Positions 1 to 12,100 of a stretch of 27,089 bases of DNA are shown here, one piece after another (the first letter of the stretch is position 1; every line of letters begins with the position of its first letter). The stretch lies in NCBI RefSeq assembly GCF_004010195.1, contig NC_057751.1, forward strand, positions 19,769,199 through 19,796,287. Reading direction: 5' to 3'. This DNA comes from Chiloscyllium plagiosum (Eukaryota). The position numbers and the translations under genes were made by a program. The notes beneath the pieces are model-generated. The model did not search any database and was not told the origin of the DNA. It saw nothing but the letters and a program-made list of their open reading frames with translations.

Positions 1-106
1 GGAAAAAAGAAACTCTGCCACTGGCCATTCAAATTATGATTTGACACTCAGACAGAAGACAGAGGATTCAGATGGCATTTTTTTTAAAAATGAAAATAAA
101 ACATAC

Positions 107-132
107 CGTAGTTTTGATAGTTCCTGGAGTAC
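107..132 (-). CDS. SARNP: SARNP exon 8, 26-nt microexon (GTPGTIKTT)
   Basis: ttcttttcaatgcag|GTACTCCAGGAACTATCAAAACTACG|gtatgt; strong splice sites; phase 1 in and phase 0 out; same codon count as human GLSSDNKPM but low sequence similarity. Confidence 0.75.
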
Positions 133-3100
133 CTGCATTGAAAAGAATGAAATTCACTATCAATCTGGTGACCTGTTTAGAAATACAATAAGGCCAAAGA
201 CAAATACTGGAAATATGACTGCATTTTTTTTGTTTCTTTAACCGACATGTACAGCCTTGGGACTGACCATTTAAAAAAAAAAGACTGTGCATTCACTTGT
301 GGGACATGGGCATCACCAGCTGGCCAGCATTTATTTCCCATTCCTAGGTGACTCTTGAGAAGGTTGTGGCGAGCTGCCTTTTTGAATCACTGCAGTCCAT
401 GTGTTGTAGATGTGCCCTTAGGGAGAGAATTCCAGGATTTGACGCAGTGACACTGAAGGAATGATGATATATTGCCAAGTAAGCATGGGTGGTGCTGGTA
501 CGAACATTCTCACTTCTGACCTTTTATGATGGAGGAAAGGTCATTGATGAAGCAGCTGAAGTTGGTTGGGCTGAAGTAGGGAGATCGAAGAATTCATAGG
601 CTGGCAGATTTTGGAAAAGTGCAGATGTAGCAGGGTTGTTATGGGTGACTTCAACTTTCCCAATATTGACTGGAACCTCCTTATTGCAGATAGTTTGGAT
701 GGAGCCATTTTTTTCAGGTGTTCAGGAGTGTTTTCTTACTCAGTATGTAGACAGGCTGATGAGGGGAGAGGCCATTTTGGATTTGGTACTTGGAAATGAG
801 CCAGGACAGGTGTCAGATCTCGTGGTGGGAGAACACTTTGGTGACAGTGACCACAACTGCGTCACATTTACCATAGCCTCGGAGAGGGAAAGGAGCAGTT
901 ACCAAGTGAAAATATTTAATCGGGGAAAAGGAAATTATGATGCTATCAGACAGGAGTTGGGAAGTACAGATTGGGAGCAATTGTTCCACAGAAAGGGCAC
1001 AACAGACATGTGGAGACTGTTTAAGGAACAGTTGTTGCGAGTGATGCATAAATTTGTCCCTCCGAGACAAACAAGAAAGTATAAGATTGAGGAGCCTTGG
1101 ATGACTTGAACAGAGGAGCTTCTTGTCAAAAGGAAGAAGGCAGCTTACATAAGGTGGAGAAAGCAAGGGTCCAGCACAGCTTTAGAAGATTACAGGCTTG
1201 CTAGGAAGGAGCTCAAAAATGCACTGAGGAGAGCCAGGCGGGGGCACGAGAAAAGGTTTGGCAGGAAGGATTAGGGAGTAGCAAAGGCATTTTACTCATA
1301 CATGAGGAATAAGAGAATGATCAAGGAGAAGGTAGGGCCGATCAGAGATAGGGTAGGGAACTTGTGTGTGGAGTCTGAGCAGAAAGGGGAAGCCCTAAAT
1401 GAGTTTTTTGCTTCGGTTTTCACGAAGGAAAAGGACCTTGTTGCGAATGAGAACTCTGAGGAGCTGGGAAACAGATTTGAACAGATCGAGATGGAGGAAG
1501 TTAATGTGCAGGAAATTTTGGCAAACATTAAGATTGATAAGTCCCCAGAGCCAGACCAGATTTATCTGAGGCTGCTCCGGGAAGCAAGAAAGGAGGTTGC
1601 TAACCTGCTGGCGAAGATCTTTACCTCCTCACTCTCCACGGGAGTCGTACCAGAGGACTGGAGGGAGGAGAATGTTGTTCCTCTTTTCAAGAAGGGGAAT
1701 AGGGAAATCCCTGGCAATTACAGACCAGTCAGTCAGTCTTATGTCTGTGATCAGCAAGGTTTTGGAAAGAATTCTGAGGGATAGGATTTATGACTATTTG
1801 GAAAAGCATAGCGTGATTAATAACAGTCAGCATGGCTTTGTGAGGGACAGGTTATGCCTCACAAATCTTACTGAGTTCTTTGAAGAGGTGACAAGACAGT
1901 TTGACGAAGGTCGATGGACTTCAGCAAGGCATTCAATAAAGTTCCCACGGTAGGCTCATTCATAAAGTCAGGAAGTATGGGATACAGGGAGATTTGGCTG
2001 TCTGGATTCAGAATTGGTTGGGTGACAGAAGGCAGAGAGTGGTTGTAGATGGAAAGTATTCTGCCTGGAGGTCAGTGGTGAGTGGCGACCCACAGGGCTC
2101 TGTTCTTGGGCCTCTGCTCTTTTAGTTTTTATAAATGACTTGGATGAGGTGGTTGAGGGGTCAGTTTTCTAATGACACAAAGGTTGGAGGTGCCATTGAT
2201 TGTATCGAGGGCTATTGCAGGCTGCAGCGCGACATTGACAATATGCAGAGCTGAGAAACGGCAGATGGAATTCAACCTGGATAAATGCGAAGTGATGCAT
2301 TTTGCAAAGTCGAACTTGAATGCTGAACATAAGATTAAAGACAGGATTCTTGGCAGTGTGGAGGAACAGAGGGATCTTGGTGTTCAAGTGGATAGATCCC
2401 TCAAAGTTGCCACCCAAGTGGATAGGGTTGTTAAGAAAGCATATGGTGTTCTGGCTTTCATTAACAGGGGGATTGAGTTTAAGAGCCACGATGTTTTGCT
2501 GCAACTCTACAAAACCCTGGTGAGACCACACTTGGAATATTGCGTCCCAGTTCTGGTCGCCCTATTATAGGAAAGATGTGGAGGCTTTGGAGAGGATGCA
2601 AAGGAGGTTTACCAGGATGCTGCCTGGACTGGAGGGCTTGCCTTACTAGAAGTTGACGGAGCTCTGACTTTTCTCTCTGGAGAGGAGGAAGAGAGGTGAC
2701 CTGATCGAGGTGTACAAGGTAATGAGAGGCATGGATAGAGTCGATAGCCAGAGACCTTTCCCCAGGGCAAGATTGACTGCCACGAGGGGTCATAGTTTTA
2801 AGGTGTTAGGAGGGAGGTATAGAGGAGATGTCAGAAGTACATCCTTTATGCAGAAAGTTGTGAGCGCATGGAATGCGTTGCCAGTGGTAGTGGTGGAAGC
2901 AGAGTCACTAGGGACATTTAAGCAACTGCTGGACATGTGCATGGACAGCAGTGAATTGAGGGAAGCATAGTTTAGGTTATTTTATTTTAGATTAGGATTA
3001 ATCCTCTGCACAATGTCGTGGACTGAAGGGCCAGTACTGTGCTGTACTTTTCTACGTTCTATGAAGACACAAACCCAAGAAATTCCTGCAGAGATGTCCT

Positions 3101-6100
3101 ACAGCTGAGATGACTGACCTCCAATAACCACAACCATATTCTTACGTGCTAGGTATGACTCCAACCAGGGGCATTTTCCCCTGAATCCCATTGACTCCAG
3201 TTTTAGAGTCATAGAAGTGTACAGCACAGTCCAACCTGTCCATACCTAACCTAATCTAGTCCCATTTGCCAGCACTAATCCCTCTAAACTCAGAACTAGA
3301 GAGCATAGATTTAGGGTAAGAGGGGAAAGATATAAAAGAGACCTAAGGGACAACTTTTTCACGCAGAGGGTGGTATGTGTATGGAATGAGCTGCCAGAAG
3401 AAGTGATGGAGACTAGTACAATTGCAACATTTAAAAGACATCTGGATGGGTATAAGAATAGGAAGGATTGGGAGAGATATGGGCCGGGTGCTGGCAGGTG
3501 GGACGAGATTGGGTTGGGATATCTGGTCGGCATGGACGGATTGGACCGAAGGGTCTACTTTCATGCTGCTCATCTCTATGACTCTATGACTTCATCAGAA
3601 GTCACACAACACCAAGCTATTGTCCAACAGATTTATTTGAAATCAGAAGCTTTTGGAGTGCTGCTTCTTCATCAAGCAAAGTCACAAAGCAGCAGTGCTC
3701 AGAAAGCTTGTGATTTCAAATAAACGTGTTGGACTATAAACTGGTGTGAGACTTCTGACCTTGTCCATCCCAGTCCAACACCACACCTCCATATTATGGC
3801 TACCACTTTAGGACCTTGATCAGTAGTGCTGGTGCTAAGCCACTCTTGGTAGTAGGCATTGAGATCCTCCAGAGTACGTTGTGCGTCTTTGCCAGCATCA
3901 GTGCTTCCGCCAAGTGTTGTTCAACACTAAGGAGGACTGATTAAACAGCCAAGGGAGAACTGTATGTGGTAATCACTAGGAGGTTTCCTTGCCCATGTTT
4001 AACATGAAACCATGAGACTTCATGGGGCCCAGAGTCAATGTTGAAGACCGCCAGGGCAGCTCCCTCCCGACTGTATACCACTGTGCCACCACCGCTGTTG
4101 GGTCTGCCTGCTGGTGGGACAGGATGTATCCAGGGACAGTGGTGGTGGTGGTGGTGGTGTCAGGGACAGAGAGAAAATGAGGACTGCAGATGCTGCAGAA
4201 TATATCAGAGTTGAAAAGTGTGGCGCTGGAAAAGCACAGCAGGTCAGACAGCATCTGAGGAGCAGGAGAATCAACATTTTGGGCATAAACCCTTCAATCA
4301 GGAATGCCTGTCCACCACCCATCGTCCTTGGTGCTGGATAGGACTCCAACCAGTGGACAGCTTCCCTCCAACATTGATTTCAATTGACTTTAAATTTTGC
4401 TGGAACATCTAGTAGCTCCATCCAGTCACATACTGCCCCTGTCAAGAACAATTACTCTCACTGCACTTCTTCAAACCAACTTTTTCATTTATGCCTGGGC
4501 CAAGACTGCAAGAGTCAAAATTGATTGGCCTTCACGGAACCAAAATGAAAATAAGATTCTTAAACCAAGCAGTCCAAGATTATTAGTCACCCTCACCCCT
4601 AAATTGACTCTGAAGACAGATCAAGTGTAATGGTAACAGTATTAATTCAACCACAGCCATTAGGAAATTTGCAAGCACCTTCCAATTTAGATTCACTGCA
4701 AATAATAACATTCAGTCTGTGTTAACCACTGCCCACTGTGATATAGCCAAGGCAAAGAATTCAAGACATACAAGCAATAGGGCAGATATGGTCATTGTTA
4801 AAAGGGGGAGAGAGAAATTCAAGAGTAACAGTTTCAAAAGATCAGAACAAAATACCTCTTGCAGGTTTACTGTTTTATCCTCAACATTTGTAACAATAAC
4901 CTGACTCACGATCAAAGGAACTGGCTTTAGGAATGGTGGCAGTTGGTGAAGGGAAGGGAAGTGAAGTACAATAAACAGCCTGAGAGCAGGTTTTTTTGTT
5001 AAAGCCAGACAGGAAAGGAGACACACAGAAAAGAGAAGTTGCTTCAGGTGTACAAGTACAGCAAATTTAACGTGCACCCTTACAGCAACTGATCATACAG
5101 ACTGGTGGAATATACAGATATATGGGATAAGATGACCTTGTTATGTTTTGTTTTCTTGCTCAATTTAGATCCTTTCAAACTCATCTATAATATTGGGAAC
5201 AATGTTGGATCAAACACCACTGAGATTTTTTTCTTACCTTTTGTTGCAACAGGCAAACCAAACCTATTTTGGAAAGAATAGATTATTAGAATTTTCTAAA
5301 AATCCATGTAAAACTAATGACAGCACTGTGGTACAGACCACTGAACCTTTTGTCTTATATTTAGCTTGTTTGAGAATGGATTAAAACCACTTTTAAAGTA
5401 GCTGATTAGTGAATCAATACTGCCATCATCTGGACAGTATTAGGATAGATACTTAAAATAAAGTAGTAAAGAGTAGAAAAAATGAATGAGCCTTAGCACT
5501 GACTAGTGGTCACCAGCATTTTGTTTCTTCTCAACCAATTAAAGATTTAAGAAAACTAAAACTAAGAGCTGCACAAGTTTGAGGACAAAACATAAGATTG
5601 CCTAAGATGAAAACACTAAATGCATGCTTCAGCAGTTTGACCCTTCAACAAATGAAAGTAGTTCAGCTGCCAGAGAAGTGATCTGAGTTTTGGACTGATT
5701 AGCAGACAGATTTATTATTAGAGTAGTATTAATTACTTGAATTTTTTGGTTGTTACAATGTGCACCAGAAAAAAGAGAGCACTGAACACTTAACTGCAGT
5801 TCATCCACACCTAAACTGGGGAAACGGTTTACTTCCTCTTCTCTGCAACTTTCTTCCCCCTCAGTTGAGACAGATCAAGTTTGCATCAAAATATCAGTAT
5901 CTAAAACCTCCAGCAACTACTGGAACACATTCAGGAGCTGATTTGCACCTCTCCGATATAAGACAAGGTGACAGTTTAGCCTCTCAAGCCTATTTTACCA
6001 TGGTTAACCTGTGACCAAACCCAGTCTTTGTTACTGACAAAAAAATATTAGGAATACGGAACAAACATCTCAGACTTCAAATTAATTGATCTTGCATCAA

Positions 6101-9100
6101 TTTCTGTTTGCAAAAAAATGTCAACCTTCTACCACTTCATGAAGAAGTGATTCCACATTTCACCCCTGAAGATTAATTCCAAGTTTTAAGACCATACCCA
6201 TAGTCCTAGACTTTCCAAATCAGTAGAAATTGGATTTTTGTTTTGCTATCTGCTCTTAACATTTTGAACAGTTCAATCAAATTGACCCATAGTCTTCTAC
6301 ATTTCAAGGACCACAAGAGTTTACACAAAATGTCCATGTATTGTTCTGGTAAACTTATAGTGCAGTCCTTCCAAGGATAATACTCAAATTGGAATCAAGA
6401 ATACAAGTGAACTGTTACAGTAACGTAATTATCTACCTGTGTTTTCCTTTAAAAGAAAAAGTAATTTACCAAACTTAATTATTTGTTGGATAATAAAGTG
6501 GAAGATCACCATGTTAGCATTTAGAAATCACTGACAGCTGTTTGAAGGATAGGGTGTTAAAGGAACACAGGAGCATTACATGTACTTGATTTAGGTTTAT
6601 TATTCAGGTGAAGACCAAAACTAAAGACTGGTTAAGCAAACTGACCTGTTTCTATCTTTTAAGTTCTATATAATAGCTCCCAACATCATGATCACTATAC
6701 TATATATTTGTATCAATATGCACAGCATGACAGTTCAACTCTATTTTGCAGAAAAATGTATCACCCCACAAATGAAATTCATGTTGCATAAAGGTTAAAT
6801 TTAAAGTTTGACAGCAAGTTTAGGTAAAGTACCATATCCAAGCCGGTTTGTGCAATAACTTACCGTGCAGCACGAGCAGCTTTCTTACTCTCTGCTGTCC
6901 CTGGTACATTGAACCGTTCTGCTCTTTTCTTTAGCCTCTGTAAAGAGGAAAACAAAAGTGAAGTGATATCAAATTCAACATGCTGTTTTACTAAATCTCT
7001 CAATTGTTAAGAAGTGATCAGGCAGTCAGTGCACATGACAGTGCAAGGTACATCTCCATCTTTGTCTTGACCACACTATCCTATACGGAGTTAAAAAACT
7101 TAAGCAAAACATGATACCCAAAGTGCCATGAGGTACCACAATAAGAGCCATTAACCTCACAAGGTGGGATAAAAGGCAAGTAGAATTTTTTTTTTGTTAT
7201 AATTTAATTCTGTGATAATTTAATTCCAAACAAATTCAGAAGAAAAGGATTAGGTTAAGGTGGTCAATGGCTATCAGTGTTCAAACTTCAAGTCTTTTTT
7301 TTCTTCTCATTCATCTCCATTTTGAAAACTTTTTCTCTTCTCCATAGCCTTCTGCACCATTCAACATCAGCTGACCAAGAGTTATCAGCAAGCTTCTTCC
7401 AATTTCGCCTGGAGAACACCAGTCACAGACTCATCTTCCTTTCTCAACGCAGGCAAAGAGAGTCATAGACATGTACAGCATGGAAACAGACCCTTCGGTC
7501 CAACCCGTCCATGCCGACCAGATATCCCAGCCCAATCTAGTCCTACCTGCCAGCACCCGGCCCATATCCCTCCAAACCCTTCCTATTCATATACCCATCC
7601 AAATGCCTCTTAAATGTTGCAATTGTACCAGCCTCCCACCACATCTTCTGGCAGCTCATTCCATACACATACCACCTTCTGCTTGAAAAAGTTGCCCCTT
7701 AGGTCTCTTTTATATCTTTCCCCTCTCACCCTAAACCTACGCCCTCTAGTTGTGGACTCCTCGATCCCAGGGAAAAGACTTTATCTATTTACCCTTTCCA
7801 TGCCCCTCATAATTTTGTAAACCTCTATAAGGTCACCCTCAACCTCCGACACTCCAGGGAGGTTCAGCCTCTCCCTGTACCTCAGATCCTCCAACCCTGG
7901 CAACATCCTTGTAAATCTTTTCTGAACACTTTCAACTTTCACAACATCTTTCCGATAGGAAGGAGACCAGAATTGCACATAATATTCCAACAGTGGCCTA
8001 ACCAATGTCCTGTACAGCAGCAACATGACCTCCCAACCCCTGTACTCAATAGTCTGACCAATAAAGGAAAGCATATCAAACGCCTTCTTCACTAACCTAT
8101 CTACCTGCGACTCCACTTTCAAGGAGCTATGAACCTGCACTCCAAGGTCTCTGTTCAGCAACCCCTCCTAGGACCGTACCATTAAGTGTACAAGTCCTGC
8201 TGAGATTTGCTTTTCCAAAATGCAGCACCTCGCATTTATCTGAATTAAACTCCATCTACCACTTCTCAGCCCATTGGCCCATCTGGTCCAGATCCTGTAG
8301 TAATCTGAGGTAACCTTCTTCGCTGTTCACTACACCTCCAATTTTGGTGTCATCTGCAAACTTACTAACTGTACCTCTTATGTGCGCATCCAAATCATTT
8401 ATGTAAATGACAAAAAGTAGAGGACCCAGCACCGATCCTTGTGGCACTCCACTGGTCACAGGCCTCCAGTCTGAAAAACAACCCTCCACGACCACCCTCT
8501 GTCTTCTACCTTTGAGCCAGTTCTGTATCCAAATGGCTAGTTCTCCCTGTATTCCATGAGATCTAACCTTGCTAATCAGTCTCCCATGGGGAACCTTGTC
8601 GAATGCCTTACTGAAGTACATATAGATCATATCTAAATACTTGTACTTCATTCTGTACTGTACCACCCCTACAACAATAGCTAAAAGCATTTTTATGTTG
8701 CTGTGGTTTAAAAGAGAGTGGAACTATGCTGGGCATTTGATGCCAATTTTCCACATATTTTCAACAGGATCAATTGTTAGTAAAGTGTTAGTTTACGAAA
8801 TAGACCAGTGAGCCTTATGTCTGTTGGAGGAAAGGTTTTGGAAAGGATTATGACAGATAGGATTTATAATCATCTCGCAAGCAACAATTTGATTGCAGAT
8901 AGTCAACATGGTTTTGTCAAGGGCAGGTCATGGCTCACAAACCTCATTAAGCTCTTTGAGAAGGTAACCAAACATGTGGACGAGGGCAGGGCAGTTGATG
9001 TGGTGTACATGGACTTCAGTAAGGCATTTGATAAGGTTCCACATGGTAGGCTGTTGGAGAAAATAGAGGCATGGGATTGAGAGTGATTTAGCAGTTTGGA

Positions 9101-12100
9101 TTAGAAACTGGCTCTCTCTAAGAAGGCAGCGAGTGGTGGTTGATGGAAAATATTCAGCCTGCAGTCTGGTTACTAGTGGTGTGCCACAAGTATCTGTTTT
9201 GGGACCACTGCTGTTTGTCATTTTTATAAATGACTTAGACGCAGGCATAAGTGGATGGGCTAGTAAGTTTGCAGATGACACAAAAGTCGGTGGACTGGCG
9301 GACAGTATGGAAGAGCGTTGCAAGTTGCAGGGGGACTTGGATAAACTGCAGAATTGGGCTGAGAGGTGGCAAATGGAGTTCAACGCAGATAAATGTGAGG
9401 TGATTCACTTTGGGAAGAATAACAGGAAGGCAGAATACTGGGTCAATGGAAGGATTCTTGGTAGTGTGGATGTCCATGTACATAGATCCCTGAAAGTTGC
9501 CACCCATGTTGATAGTGCTGTTAAGGCAGCATACAGCATGTTAGGTTTTATTGGTACAGGGATTGAGTTCTGGAGCCATAATGTCATGCTGCAACTATAC
9601 AAAACACTGGTGCAGCCACCCTTGGAATATTGTGTACAGTTCTAGTTGCCCCATTACAGGAAGGATGTGGAAGCATTGGAAAAAGTGCAGAGGAGATTTA
9701 CCAGGATGTTGCCTGGTCTGGAGGGAAAGTCTTATGAGGAAAGGCGGAGACACTTGGGTCTGTTGTCATTGGAAAGAATAAGGCTAAGAGGGGATTTGAC
9801 AGAGACAAAGATGATCAGAGGATTAGATAGACTTTCACTGTCTACCCTTCCTCCCAAGATGATAATGTCAGCTTGTATGAGAGGGCATAGCTACAAATTG
9901 AGGGGTGATAGATTTAAGACAGATGTCACAGGCAGGCTCTTTACTCAAGTGGTAAGGGCATGGAATACCTTGCCTGCCAATGTAGTTAACTCAGCCACAT
10001 TAGGGAGATTTAAACAATCCTTGGATAAGCACATGGATGATGATGGGATAGTGTAGGGTGATGACCTTAGATTAGTTCACAGGTCGGCGCAACAGAGGGC
10101 CGAAGGGCCCGTTCTGCGCTTTATTGCTCTATGTTCTAAAACTTGTAAAACCCACAAAGGTGAGCGCCTCAGAAGTAAAAGATGACTGAGCTAACTGCAT
10201 AGTAAGCTTTACACAGCATTTAAAATATGCTTGATTGACAATGTACAAGCACCTCAACACTGAGCACAAAGCCACATCTTATCTTTCCATTGCATAAGGG
10301 TGGCATGGTAGTTAGCACTGCTACCTCACAATGCCACGTCTGTGGGGGTTTCCTCTCAGTGCTTCAGTTTCCTGTGGATTGGCCATGCTAAATTACCCGC
10401 AGTGTCCAGTCATGAGCAGGCTAGGTGGATTAGCCAAGGATTTCAGGAGGGGTGGATCTGGGTGGGATGCTCTTCAGAGGGTTGATGTGGACAGGCCCAA
10501 TGGTCTGCTACTGCACTGTTGGGATGCTATGTTTCTGAGAATACTATAGTCATTTTAACCAAATTCTGCAAAATGGTCTGTTTACTATGTCCATTAATAA
10601 CACTGAAGTATAACTGGCCATTGCAGGATAACATGCATGACATTGGATGCATTCTCAAAACCTTACAGTACTTAAAGCACTCCTGATAGGTTTACAAGAG
10701 TTGAGATTCAGCTTATTTAGACCCATATTCATTCACAAAGCTAAAAAAAGGTTTTATGAAATCACACTTCACATAACTATGGGCATATTTTTTAGGGTGA
10801 GAGATTTAAAAAGAATATAAAGAGGCAGTTTTTTTAAAAAAAAAAGTGGTTCGTATATGCAAGAAACTTCCAGAAGTGGTGGATGTAGGTACATTTACAA
10901 TGTTTAAAAGACATTTGGACAGGCACATGAATAGGAAAGGTTTAGAGGGATATGGGCTAAGCGCAGGCAGGAGGAGGTAGTTCGGTTTGGGAATATGGTT
11001 GGCATGGACTGGTTGGACCGAAGAGTCTGTTTCCATGCTGTGTGGCTCTGACTCTACTACATGTACCTTCAAAGAGTGTTAAACAACTTTTCCCAAGCTT
11101 TTTATTTATGATCAATAAAACATAACTACATGCCTGTTTCTGTACTTCTCAAACTGACTGAGCTCAATACATAACATTTCATATTCCTTAAAACCTAGTG
11201 ATTTAGCCAAATGCTTTTTCATTTTCATCAAATGATTTCAATGTGATATTTATTTTAATGTTTTGAGTTAATTGATAAATATGGGAGTACCTAGTGGAAT
11301 AACTGATACCAACACCACTTTACACCATCCCCAATATTAACTCAAATGTTTTCAAAAAGTTTAGAATACCAAGTTACCGTTTGTACAATTCACATATTTC
11401 AACATTTAAAAAACTGAAATATTTCTCTAGTCTTGGATTCAGGTTTCATTGCATCTGTGGAATATAAAATTGTATACAGGACAAGATAATAAAAGAGCAG
11501 TGGTGAACGATCATTTTTCATACTGGAGGGAAACACAGTGATGCTCTCCTGAGATTGGTATTCAGACTACTGATTTCATATTGAACAACCTAAACTTGGA
11601 TACACAGGACATCATTTCGAAATATATGTATGCTACAAAATGCAAAAAAGTATAATAAGCAATATCAAGACCATGGTAAAAATAAAAATTTATCAGAACT
11701 GTTTTTAATCAGCTATAAAAATACCAATTTTGATGTGAAAAATAAGGTAATGAATGAATCAGTTTTCAGAAATGTTGAAAGAGACCCCGGGGACATTAAT
11801 ACACAAATCTGCAATGGTAACAGGACAAGCCAAGACGACAGTTATTAAAACAAAAAAATTCATATAGCTTTTTTAGAAACAAATGTAGAGTACAAAAGCA
11901 AACAAAGCAATGCTAAACATGTACACAACTGGGTCAGGTCTCAGGTGGAGCAATTTTCAAATCAGGCCACCACACATAATTCAGTACATCAAGGCCTTGA
12001 AGTGACTTAGAAGAGATTTACTAGAATGAAATCAGGCATGAGCAACTTCTGGTACGCTGGGGCCCCGCACGAAAGAAAGAAGGTTGAGAGAGAACAGGTG

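Noticed and set aside
636..2970. RT/endonuclease ORFs as functional genes or a retron-like system
   Set aside because: They are frameshifted pieces of one 5'-truncated CR1 ORF2; the FADD catalytic region near 2165 is corrupted.
4712..5077. 121-aa minus-strand ORF, including a 45-nt AG/GT-bounded segment near 4856-4900, as an extra SARNP exon
   Set aside because: No recognisable homology, a weak polypyrimidine tract, and exon 7 joins exon 8 in frame without it.
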